Source: Actinomycetota bacterium (GTDB taxonomy: Bacteria; Acidobacteriota; Blastocatellia; Chloracidobacteriales; Chloracidobacteriaceae). Taken from it: 64,000 bases of DNA. The translations under genes and the position numbers were made by a program. Position 1 is the first letter of the stretch. Each line of letters starts with the position of its first letter. The notes under the pieces are model-generated. The model was not told the origin of the DNA. It worked only from the letters and a program-made list of their open reading frames with translations, and made no database searches. Below are positions 10,501 through 18,336 of the stretch, piece after piece. The stretch covers positions 1-64,000 of the forward strand of contig JAYRXR010000207.1 of NCBI GenBank assembly GCA_041917435.1, written 5' to 3'.

Positions 10501-11452
10501 AGGAACGCCAGACCCCGCCCCGCAAATAGGCGAGTCCGCGATTGGTGGCCGCCCATAAAACTTCATTCCCGTCGCGACCGCGACAACTGGCCAGCGCCGT
10601 CACGTTGTCGCTCGGCAGGCCGTCCTTCGTCGTGACGACCTGCCAGCGGTCGTTTTCAAACCGGCACAGCCCCCCTCCGAACGTCCCCGCCCAGACTTTC
10701 CACGTACCATCCACCGCGGACACGGTCAGACTTGAAACGTAGTTGTTCGGCAATCCGCGCGCCGCGCCGAGTTCGGTCCATTCATCGTTGCGATAACGCA
10801 GCACGCCCGCGTTCCGCGTACCGACCCAGAGCGACGTCAGACCGTCCGGGTCGCGCGTTTCCAGCAGCGACAACACGATGTCGTCGGTCAGCCCGAACCC
10901 CGCCGTCGCGAAGGTGGACCATTTTCCTTCCGCGAACCGCAGCAGGCCGCCGCCGAAGGTCCCGGCGTACAGCACCGGCTTTCCATCAGTCCCGACCGTT
11001 TCCAGCAAACTGAAGATGAGAAGGTTGGTCAGCCCGGCGGACGTGTCATAGACCGTCCATTCCCCGTCGAGGTATTTCAGGACGCCGCCGCCGTTCGTGC
11101 CGAACCACATCCCCCCGTCCTTCGACGTCGCCATCGCCATCACGTCGTTGGAGACAATCCGGTTGGGCAGCCGCACTTCATGCCAGTTCCGCCCGTCGAA
11201 ATAGGCCACGCCGTCTCCGGTCCCGACCCACAGTGCGCCGCTCGAATCGACCTTTACCTGACGAACATTGTTTTGCGGAAGCCCGTTCTTGTCGTCGAAG
11301 ATCTGCGCCGGCGCGTCGTTGTTGAAAATAGAGGCCCCCTCCTCGACCGGACGCGCCTCGGCGGGACCGGCGGGCGCGGCCATTGCGGAAGCCCATGCCG
11401 CCAGACAGACCGTCAGAAATACGAGAAGCCGAAGTCGGTTCACAGGCGACAC
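7583..11452 (-). CDS. sensor histidine kinase with periplasmic two-component-regulator propeller repeats, Y_Y_Y, TM, GAF, HisKA and HATPase_c
   Basis: 1289-aa ORF with a GTG start and a signal peptide. It has ~700 aa of propeller repeats (GLPNN/WVGT motifs), a Y_Y_Y domain, one TM helix, a GAF domain, an H-box (SHEMRTPL) and N/G boxes. There is no receiver domain. Confidence 0.8.
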   Translation of the reverse strand: MSPVNRLRLLVFLTVCLAAWASAMAAPAGPAEARPVEEGASIFNNDAPAQIFDDKNGLPQNNVRQVKVDSSGALWVGTGDGVAYFDGRNWHEVRLPNRIVSNDVMAMATSKDGGMWFGTNGGGVLKYLDGEWTVYDTSAGLTNLLIFSLLETVGTDGKPVLYAGTFGGGLLRFAEGKWSTFATAGFGLTDDIVLSLLETRDPDGLTSLWVGTRNAGVLRYRNDEWTELGAARGLPNNYVSSLTVSAVDGTWKVWAGTFGGGLCRFENDRWQVVTTKDGLPSDNVTALASCRGRDGNEVLWAATNRGLAYLRGGVWRSFANRRGLAGGDINSILKITTADGFEALWIGSNGNGLGFYPLRSWRMFEPPPEMRPERFLVHSFIRSVSAGGSEFWFGTATDGLFRSGPGGWRRYHGKNGLPDDRISVLYETHEPDGTPVLWIGTQGGGVRFAREKMEVFKTADGLVHPEIRSILETRTAAGKSVMWFGTYNGLSRLEDGVWKTYNKQQGDLPNNGVNCLLETVARDGRRDIWAGTYGGGLARFDGHRWSVFDMTTGLPNNVVLSLTSTRSPDGDTILWVGTNGAGAAWRNLDRADDVWHGLNEATAPGLPNNTVYRILADSRQRLYFCTNKGIARLTPDYGGGPKRDPVGDAYVFTTEDGLPSNECLTGSGLADGAGRLWVGTSAGAAQLDLAGEILDRIPKPLQISAFAPLGPDRPVLRTGEVLDHRHNSLTFEFTLMSLFRGGDTRYRTQLVNFEPDPSDWSREGKREYTNLGPGDYQFKVWGRDYAGNVTGPVVLAFSVRPAPWRTPLAYFLYSMAIIGGIYGLFAWRYRTVRKRQEERIRYLRRLLHSTRVINSGLDLETVLETIAEESANLVGGEPGGIGIVAGDAVTFRHLWSEGRWKECRVSLPLGKGIVGTVAETGLAIIANDPAVGDILAFPEPFASRYAYGMIDVPIRSRAGDVVGVLDVRRKPAAEKFTDADREILEALAHQAAVAIENAHLYGELEAKNLLVVESMKELETLYRKEQEVTSRLQELDRMKTNFISVASHEMRTPLTVLRGHSEAMLEKLFGPLTEPQQRSLETCLSVVDRLTGTFNDLVEILRFDRREVTLNRSRFDLGEVVRETVADFEPHAERRKLAVEVECDEPFLIDADREKLRLVLGNIVQNAVKFTPDGGRVEIGLIREGTLINLTVRDEGIGIESGELDRIFDRFYTTADTTRHKSGKFEFATRGSGLGLSIAKSYVEAHGGTIRAESDGPGKGSCFRIRLPLAENEKTPAPVEDVREPATMR

Positions 11453-11682
11453 TCCGACGCGAAACTCGACGGGTCAGATCCATTCGGGCAATCGTTCGAA
11501 AACGATGGCCGGCACTTCGATGACAAACAGGAATGCGCCGATTATCCCGGTTTCCCTTCGAGTGGCAAGAAATTCGCGCTCATCCGACGTGTTTTTTCAG
11601 GAATGTCACCCGACTTGAGTCGTCGCCCAGCCATCCGGAAGTACAATGGAATCAGAATTCGGCCCGCTTCAGGAGGTCCCCG

Positions 11683-12105
11683 ATGTCATCCCCGATTTCA
11701 CTGGCACTCAAGGCGGCAATCGTCTGGGTTCTGATGATGGCGTGCGAGACGGTCCACGGCATTTTGCGCGTGTTGTACCTTCAGCCGCGCGTCGGCGACC
11801 GGCTTTCCCGTCAGATCGGGATGCTGACCGGTTCGGCCATCATCTTCGGCGTGGCCTATCTTTGTATCGGCTGGCTGCGCCCCGAAACGCCGCGCCGGAT
11901 GGTCGCGGTCGGGTTCCTGTGGGCCGCGCTGACCTTCGGTTTTGAAATCCTGATGGGACTGGCGCAGGGATTTCAGTGGGAACGGATTCTGGCGGAGTAC
12001 GACCCGTCGCGCGGCGGCCTGATGGCCTTCGGACTGGCTTTCCTGATCGCCGTCCCGGCATTGGCGGTTGGTCTTTGGGAAAAACGTCGCAAGTGGCGAA
12101 AATGA
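11683..12105 (+). CDS. small integral membrane protein (hypothetical)
   Basis: Start at ATG 11683, preceded by AGGAGG at 11671-11676. The protein has four predicted TM helices and ends in KRRKWRK. No family was recognised. Confidence 0.4.
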   Translation: MSSPISLALKAAIVWVLMMACETVHGILRVLYLQPRVGDRLSRQIGMLTGSAIIFGVAYLCIGWLRPETPRRMVAVGFLWAALTFGFEILMGLAQGFQWERILAEYDPSRGGLMAFGLAFLIAVPALAVGLWEKRRKWRK

Positions 12106-12127
12106 AGTTGAATGATGGCCGAACGAC

Positions 12128-12192
12128 GGTATGGAAACCCGACCGTCAGGGAGGGAAACGCCTGCCCTCCCTGACGGTCGGGTTTCCATACC
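12128..12192. terminator. perfect 28-bp inverted repeat with 9-nt loop between convergent genes
   Basis: ggtatggaaacccgaccgtcagggaggg-aaacgcctg-ccctccctgacggtcgggtttccatacc. No flanking T-tract is present. Confidence 0.5.
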
Positions 12193-12215
12193 GGTTGAAA
12201 CTGCCTCTCCTCCCG

Positions 12216-13067
12216 CTATTTCCTTGATTGGAGGAACATTGCCAGAACCGCCACCGCCAGCCCGGCGGCCACCGCTCCAAATACAAATTTCCGGCTGACC
12301 GTGGTTTGCGGTTCGTCGCCGTCCTTGCGGGAAAATTCAAGGCATGCGAGCGCGACGACCAGCACGCCGCCGAAGCCGCCGAGCAGGAGCGCCAGCCGGT
12401 CGCGCGGTGCGCCGCCGACCAGATTCAGCGCGTTGACCGGTAAAAGCCACGGATAGTACTTCCCGATTTTCGCGCTCGCGGCAAACAGCGCGAAAAACGT
12501 CCCGCCGACGCCCGTCCCGAGCGCGAGGGTGAAGCTCGACCAGCGCAGGCTGACCCACGTGTGAATGGCGACGATGAGCCACGCGGCAATCCAGAGTTTC
12601 AATCCGCCGAGAAAAAGCTGGCCGAATTCGGGCGGCGGTCCGGGCGGGAGTCCGGGATGGGTGCGTACGAGGACGAACCCAACCACCACCGCGTAGACGC
12701 ACAGCACGAGCGTCCCCGCCCCGGCGAGGAAATTTGCAACGATGAACTTGGCGAGAAAATAAACGTGACGCGGCAACGGCAAGGCCAGCAGGTGTTTCCA
12801 TTGCCGCTCGCCATGTTCGATTCCGGCCAGCAGCGCGGTTTCGAGCGTCACGAACAACGGGAGCATGAAAATCGCCCAGACGCTCAGGGTGTTTTGAAAA
12901 ACCGCTTCCCAGAGCTGTCCGGCGGTCGGCGCGCCTTTGCGCTGGTTCAGTCCGATGAAGAACTGAAGCAGCGCGACCAGCGCGGGCGTGACGAAAACCA
13001 TGCGGACGGCGAGCGTCCGTCGGAGTTTGAACAGTTCGGCGTGGAGCGCCCGAAACAGCGAGTTCAT
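12216..13067 (-). CDS. ABC-2 family transporter permease
   Basis: 283-aa protein with six TM segments. It overlaps the upstream ATPase gene by 4 nt. Confidence 0.65.
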   Translation of the reverse strand: MNSLFRALHAELFKLRRTLAVRMVFVTPALVALLQFFIGLNQRKGAPTAGQLWEAVFQNTLSVWAIFMLPLFVTLETALLAGIEHGERQWKHLLALPLPRHVYFLAKFIVANFLAGAGTLVLCVYAVVVGFVLVRTHPGLPPGPPPEFGQLFLGGLKLWIAAWLIVAIHTWVSLRWSSFTLALGTGVGGTFFALFAASAKIGKYYPWLLPVNALNLVGGAPRDRLALLLGGFGGVLVVALACLEFSRKDGDEPQTTVSRKFVFGAVAAGLAVAVLAMFLQSRK

Positions 13068-13987
13068 AAAGCGCGATCCTCCGCCGCGGATTCGTTCGTC
13101 ATCTCAAGAAAAATGTCTTCCAGCGAAGTCCGGGAAAGCGAGAGATGAAAGACGCCGATGCCGCGTTCCACCAGAACGGCGTTGGCCCGGACGGCGTCTT
13201 CCTCCGACGCGCCGGGCAGAACCAGCTGCCCTTCGGCACCGATTTCAACCTGAAACTTTGCCTCTTTCAGACAGTTCAGCGCGGTTTCGGGGTCGGTGAC
13301 GCCGATGGCGACGTGCCGTTTCTGGCGGGCGCCGAGTTCATCGAGCAAGCCCTGAAACAGCAACCGTCCCCGATGAACAATGGCGATGTGGCCGGCGATC
13401 TGCTCGACTTCGCTTAAAAGATGACTTGAAAGAAACACCGTGATGCCGAATTCGTTCGGCAGCCGACGGATGAGGTCGCGCATTTCATGAATGCCCGCCG
13501 GATCGAGTCCGTTGGTCGGTTCATCCAGAATCAGCAGATCGGGCTGATTCAACAGGGCCAGCGCCAGTCCGAGCCGCTGGCGCATGCCGAGGGAATATTC
13601 CCGGACGGGTCGTCCGGCGTCCTTCACCAGCCGGACAATGTCGAGCGCCCGGTCGATGAGGTTTCGTTCCGCGCCGAGCAGGCGGCGGGTGACTTCGAGA
13701 TTTTCGCGCCCGGTCAGATGCGGGTAGAGCGAAGGGCTTTCGACCAGCGCGCCGACTCGCCGCATCAGCGCCAGTCGTTGTTCAAAAAGGTTTTCGCCGA
13801 ACAATTTCACCGCGCCGCCGTCGGGCCGAATCAGCCCGAGCAGCATGCGGATGGTCGTGGTTTTTCCCGCGCCGTTCGGTCCGAGAAAGCCGAAAACCCC
13901 GGCGGACGGTACGCGCAGGTTGACGGCATCCACGGCCACGCGGTCGGCGAAGCGTTTGGTCAGATCACCGGTTTCAATGGCCAGCAT
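13064..13987 (-). CDS. ABC transporter ATP-binding protein
   Basis: Walker A (GPNGAGKTT), ABC signature (LSLGMRQRL) and Walker B (LILDEPT) motifs are present. Confidence 0.8.
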   Translation of the reverse strand: MLAIETGDLTKRFADRVAVDAVNLRVPSAGVFGFLGPNGAGKTTTIRMLLGLIRPDGGAVKLFGENLFEQRLALMRRVGALVESPSLYPHLTGRENLEVTRRLLGAERNLIDRALDIVRLVKDAGRPVREYSLGMRQRLGLALALLNQPDLLILDEPTNGLDPAGIHEMRDLIRRLPNEFGITVFLSSHLLSEVEQIAGHIAIVHRGRLLFQGLLDELGARQKRHVAIGVTDPETALNCLKEAKFQVEIGAEGQLVLPGASEEDAVRANAVLVERGIGVFHLSLSRTSLEDIFLEMTNESAAEDRAL

Positions 13988-14103
13988 TTGGTTGAATCCT
14001 CTTTTTCAAAACGAACGCGAGGGCGTTTCATTAACACCCGGCGAAAAAAATCGGGACGCCCCGCAAGGAGCATCCCGAAATGTCGTGACCGATGGCGTAC
14101 GGA

Positions 14104-15825
14104 TTACGACTGAACGGGCGCGCTGGCCCCGTTGCCCTGTTTCGCGCCGCGCAGCAGCGTCGCCGCCAGCGCGGGCAGGGTTTCCGAACCGTTTGAACCG
14201 GAAACCAGCACGTCCGGCGCGATCTTGATGTTGCCGTCGCGGACGATCTTCAGGGTTTCAATCGTCACCAGCCCTTCGCGACCGATCTGGTGGCCGAGCA
14301 GTTCGTAGGCGTCCTTGTTGGCCTCGGCGATGAGCCGAATCTTGCGGGCCTCGCCGGAAGCCTCGGCGGCGGCGGCTTCGGCGTTCGACTTCGCAATGTC
14401 CACCGCGGCGGCGGCGGCCACGATGTCGGTCTGCTTGTCGGCCAGCGCGCGGGCCTTTTCGAGTTCGCGGCGCGTTTCCTCGGCGATGGTCTGTTCGCGG
14501 AAGGTTTTTTCGCGCTCCTTCGCCAGAAAACGGTCGGTCTGGGTCTTGAGCAGTTCATCCGGAATCCCGACGTTCCCGATAAGCACGTCCACCGTCTCGA
14601 TACCGTATTCGCGCAACATTCCCGTCGTCACAACCTTGGCGTTGGCCTGCTGCTGCGAACGGTTGTTGAGAAAATCGAGCGCGTCGCAGCTTTCGGCGTT
14701 GTTGCGGAAGGTCGCGCCGATGGCCGGATGAATGACGCGGTCGATGGCGTTCTGAATCGAGCCGATTTTCGAAACGACGACCGGGGCCTGTTCCTTCGGG
14801 ACGCGAATCACGACCTTGACGTCCACCGGGAACGAAAAACCGTCGCGGCTTTTGACCGTGATGGAATCGAGCGGCGTTTCGGAATTCATCGTGTTCCAGT
14901 CGATGGTCGCGTTGAGCGTCGAAATCGGAAACACGACGTAGGCAATCGGGTTCAGGTAGTAGGTATTCGGCTCGATCACCGTCTTCAGCACGCCGCGGTA
15001 GCCTTCATCCACGAGATCGGGCGTCCGTCCGTCTTCACCGAAGGGCGGCAGCACGCCGACGTTCGAACGGATGACGCCGACTTCACCGATGTTGATGACC
15101 GTCGCGGGCTGAACCGTCACTTCAAAAAGCAGCGGGTTGATGTAGTACATCCCCGGTTTGAGAATATCGAGCTGCGGCCCGCGCTGCCCGCCGTTGTCGA
15201 GAAATGGCTGGCCGTCCTGAAAATCGCAATGCCCCTTCACCGCGTCGCCGAGAATCTGTTCCTCGCGCAGTTCAAGCCCGTCGAACGCCTCGACGATCCC
15301 GATTTCGCCGGTCGAAACCTTGACCGCTTCGGCGAGTTGAATGTTGAACAGCCGGGTGTTGATGCGGTACTGCCCCGGCGTCAGGATTTCCACCTGCGGT
15401 CCGCGCTGCCCGCCTTCGCGCAGGAACGCGACGGCGTCCTGAAAGTTGCTGTGGCCGTGAATCCGCTTGCCAAGTAATTGACCGGGCTTGAGTTCGCCGC
15501 CGTCAATCGAGGTCAGCGTCGCGACAAACCCTTGCGGAACCTGAATGAGCGGCACGCGGGTCACGCGGTAAAACGGCGCGAGGAGGATGTGCAGCCCCGG
15601 CGCGAGGGTTTTGGCCTGCATCCCCTGTTCGCCGCTGGCGGCTACGACCCGGCCGGGCGCGAGTCGCGCGCCGAGGATTTTCTTCTCCACCAGTCCGACC
15701 TGGTGTTCGGGAATCATGTGGAGCGATGAAACCACCCAGACAAACACCACGAAAGCCACGAAACCGATCAGGAACACGGCCGGACCGAAATCGAACATGA
15801 GAAGAAACAGAAAGTGAACGGTCAT
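14104..15825 (-). CDS. flotillin/SPFH (band 7) family protein
   Basis: Start at ATG 15823-15825 with an AAGGAGA RBS. The protein has an N-terminal TM, an SPFH domain and a coiled-coil Ala/Glu-rich C-terminus typical of YqiK/flotillin. Confidence 0.75.
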   Translation of the reverse strand: MTVHFLFLLMFDFGPAVFLIGFVAFVVFVWVVSSLHMIPEHQVGLVEKKILGARLAPGRVVAASGEQGMQAKTLAPGLHILLAPFYRVTRVPLIQVPQGFVATLTSIDGGELKPGQLLGKRIHGHSNFQDAVAFLREGGQRGPQVEILTPGQYRINTRLFNIQLAEAVKVSTGEIGIVEAFDGLELREEQILGDAVKGHCDFQDGQPFLDNGGQRGPQLDILKPGMYYINPLLFEVTVQPATVINIGEVGVIRSNVGVLPPFGEDGRTPDLVDEGYRGVLKTVIEPNTYYLNPIAYVVFPISTLNATIDWNTMNSETPLDSITVKSRDGFSFPVDVKVVIRVPKEQAPVVVSKIGSIQNAIDRVIHPAIGATFRNNAESCDALDFLNNRSQQQANAKVVTTGMLREYGIETVDVLIGNVGIPDELLKTQTDRFLAKEREKTFREQTIAEETRRELEKARALADKQTDIVAAAAAVDIAKSNAEAAAAEASGEARKIRLIAEANKDAYELLGHQIGREGLVTIETLKIVRDGNIKIAPDVLVSGSNGSETLPALAATLLRGAKQGNGASAPVQS

Positions 15826-16346
15826 CGAAGGTCTCCTTCGGAAGACGGCGACTCGACGACGAGCGCCGTGAAGGGCGGTCGGTAGTCCTCGCACCACCGC
15901 CCGAAAAGCCCGGCGACCCGCCGGGAAACGACGTCGATGGATTCGGCAATCGTCCGGGGCGGAACGTTCGTCTGGCTGAAATCGGTGGGCTTCGGCGTTT
16001 CATCCGAAAAATCGAGGGTGACGCGGTATCGCGCGCCGGTTCCGGTCGAATGGAGAAATTCGACCCGAAAATGCCTCAACAACCGGCAGCGATGGACGCC
16101 AGTGGGCGTCGTCTCGGTCCCGAAAATACGGACGGAACCGAGGTAAACATCGGTCGGAAGCGGACGCGGCGATTCAACGTGGAGTTCGAAGGTGGCGATT
16201 CGCGGCGATGCCGGGGCATCGAGTTCGAGGGAGAGGACGGTGAGGCGAATCGCGTCACGAGGAAACATAAAAGCAGGTGATGAGGGAAGGAAAACAATGT
16301 CGGTCTCATCGACCCGCGAGCGGCAAATTACTCCCGTGATTTTCAA
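15822..16346 (-). CDS. hypothetical protein upstream of flotillin
   Basis: 174-aa ORF with high GC3, coupled to the flotillin gene by a 4-nt overlap. It has no TM helix, unlike typical NfeD partners, and no recognisable family. The start is uncertain (alternative at 16268). Confidence 0.3.
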   Translation of the reverse strand: MKITGVICRSRVDETDIVFLPSSPAFMFPRDAIRLTVLSLELDAPASPRIATFELHVESPRPLPTDVYLGSVRIFGTETTPTGVHRCRLLRHFRVEFLHSTGTGARYRVTLDFSDETPKPTDFSQTNVPPRTIAESIDVVSRRVAGLFGRWCEDYRPPFTALVVESPSSEGDLR

Positions 16347-16400
16347 AAGAAAAGAAAATTCGTTTCGGCGGATTCACCACGTCGCCGCCGGTGGTTCGAT

Positions 16401-17624
16401 TCAGGACAAAAACATGGCCCCGACCCACAGCCCCGCCAGCACCAGCAAAAGGCCGGGAATGACGCGAACGGAGAACGTTTTTCCCCCCGCCGTCACCGCG
16501 ACAACCATCTTGGTCAGCGTGTTGGTACTCATCGCCGCGAGGATCGGAAAAACCGCCTCGCGGGCGGTGATTTTGCCCGCCGCCGCGAGCGATGCGACCG
16601 AAATCGCGGCCGAATGGGTGTCGGCAAATCCGGCCAGCCCCGCCGCCACGATGAGTCCGGCCGAGCCGAGCCACCGGTTGACCGCCGCCGACCCGAGCAT
16701 CGCCACCGAGACGGTCGCCGCGAAAACCAGCGCCCCGCCGAGATTGAAGGCGCGCCCCTTCGTTTCTCCGTCCGGCGCCCCTTCTCCACGGTTCAACCGC
16801 ATGAAAAACAATCCGTATCCGATGGCCCCCAACCCGCCAAGGACGAGGGGGATGCCGAAAGCCAGAAACGTCGGGCGATCGGTAATCCACAGGACCGCCG
16901 CCATCTGACCGACCGTGGCCACCGTCGAAAGCACCGCCCCGGCCACGGCGGCGTCCAGCACGGCCCGGCTTTTCGCGGCTTTCGCCCCCATCGAACCGAT
17001 GGTCGCCGCGCTTGAAATGAACCCCGAAACGAATCCGACGAGCGGCAGCCCGTAACGCGGCCCGAGCGCCCGCAGCGAAACGTATCCCGCCGCGCCGATG
17101 CCCATCACGATGACGACCAGTTTCCAGAGCGTCCGCGCGTTCAGAACCCCAAGCGGCCCGACCGGATGATCCGGTGTCAACGGCAGGATGACCAGCGCGG
17201 CGGCGGCGAAAAGGAGCGCATCCTGGAGTTCCTGCTCCGAAAGGTATTCCTGAACGAATTTGTGAATCCGCGTCCGGGCCGCGAGCAGAATCGCCACGAC
17301 GACCGCGACCCCGGCGGCGATTCCCGGTTCCCGCATGGCAAGCGCGCCGAGCAGCAGCGTGACGAACAGCGCGATGACCGTCGTGAGTCCCGGATCGCGA
17401 CGACTGCGGGCGCGATAGGCGAAAATTCCCAATCCGGCGATGGCGAGCGACGCAACGGACAACAGCATTTCGCCGCCGACGGTCAGACTCAATCCGCCGA
17501 CCAGTGAAACCAGGGCAAAGGTACGAATCCCGGCGGGCGCCCGTAACGGCCCGGTCCCTTTTCGGCGCTCCCGTTCGGCTCCGATGAGCAAACCGACGCC
17601 AAGCGCAACCGCCAAACGTGTCAT
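16401..17624 (-). CDS. MgtC/SapB-family plus DUF4010 membrane protein
   Basis: Start at ATG 17622-17624 (MTRLAVALGVGLLIGAERERR..., the typical MgtC N-terminus), followed by ~10 TM helices. Confidence 0.65.
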   Translation of the reverse strand: MTRLAVALGVGLLIGAERERRKGTGPLRAPAGIRTFALVSLVGGLSLTVGGEMLLSVASLAIAGLGIFAYRARSRRDPGLTTVIALFVTLLLGALAMREPGIAAGVAVVVAILLAARTRIHKFVQEYLSEQELQDALLFAAAALVILPLTPDHPVGPLGVLNARTLWKLVVIVMGIGAAGYVSLRALGPRYGLPLVGFVSGFISSAATIGSMGAKAAKSRAVLDAAVAGAVLSTVATVGQMAAVLWITDRPTFLAFGIPLVLGGLGAIGYGLFFMRLNRGEGAPDGETKGRAFNLGGALVFAATVSVAMLGSAAVNRWLGSAGLIVAAGLAGFADTHSAAISVASLAAAGKITAREAVFPILAAMSTNTLTKMVVAVTAGGKTFSVRVIPGLLLVLAGLWVGAMFLS

Positions 17625-17703
17625 GAGTTGCTCCGGCACTTGGTTCACCACTCCTTTCCCAAGGAAAATTGAAAAAACGGTTCCTTCCAATGCGATCCCG
17701 GAC

Positions 17704-18015
17704 GCTCAAATCCCGTCCCCGCGTCGTTCGAACCGGTTCCAGCACCGCTCAATCGCGTCCCAGCGTCGTTCAAACCGGTTCCAGCACCGATCAATCCCGT
17801 CCCAGCGTCGTTTGAACCGGTTCCAGCACCGATCAATCCCGTCCCAGCATCGTTCAAACCGGTTCCAGCACCGCTCAATCCCGTCCCAGCATCGTTTGAA
17901 CCGGTTCCAGCACCGCTCAATCGCGTCCCAGCGTCGTTCAAACCGGTTCCAGCACCGATCAATCCCGTCCCAGCGTCGTTTGAACCGGTTCCAGCACCGC
18001 TCAATCGCGTCCCCG
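17704..18015. repeat. 42-bp tandem repeat, ~7.5 copies, in divergent intergenic region
   Basis: The unit aaccggttccagcaccgMtcaatcScgtcccagcRtcgttYR starts at 17731, 17773, 17815, 17857, 17899, 17941 and 17983. Each unit consists of two related ~21-bp halves. Confidence 0.8.
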
Positions 18016-18105
18016 CAATGCTTCCATCAAAAAATGGGACGGCCGGATTTTGAGTGGGTCAAATTTTCCAACCTGAATGGATGCAAAGGATTTTTCACCA
18101 CGGAG

Positions 18106-18189
18106 TCACGGAGATCACACAGAGAACCACGGAGTTTTTTCTCCGTGAAACTCCGTGAACTCCTTGTGTCTTCGTGGTGAAAGAAGTTT
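18106..18189. repeat. STR-armed hairpin (cacggag units)
   Basis: caccacggagtcacggagatcacacagagaaccacggag-tttttt-ctccgtgaaactccgtgaactccttgtgtcttcgtggtg. Confidence 0.4.
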
Positions 18190-18336
18190 TTTCAGGCCCA
18201 ACCTGGCCTTTCGGCGAATCATTGCCCCACCAACTTTCCGGTAGTCTCCCCAAAATAAAAACGTTGTGATTCCCAATGAAAATTTAACTGGGGTATATTC
18301 GCCACGTCGGACAAATCCTCCACCACGGAATACGGA

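Noticed and set aside
16306-17745. 479-aa minus-strand ORF overlapping the MgtC-like gene in another frame
   Set aside because: Arg/Gly-rich low complexity. The in-frame MgtC gene has TM-helix periodicity and a canonical N-terminus.
17440-18180. ORFs translating the 42-bp repeat into 14-aa repeat peptides (GAGTGLNDAGTRLS on minus, RFQHRSIASQRRSN on plus)
   Set aside because: They are a by-product of the tandem repeat. The plus ORF's start overlaps the MgtC gene, and there is no RBS. A repeat protein cannot be fully excluded.
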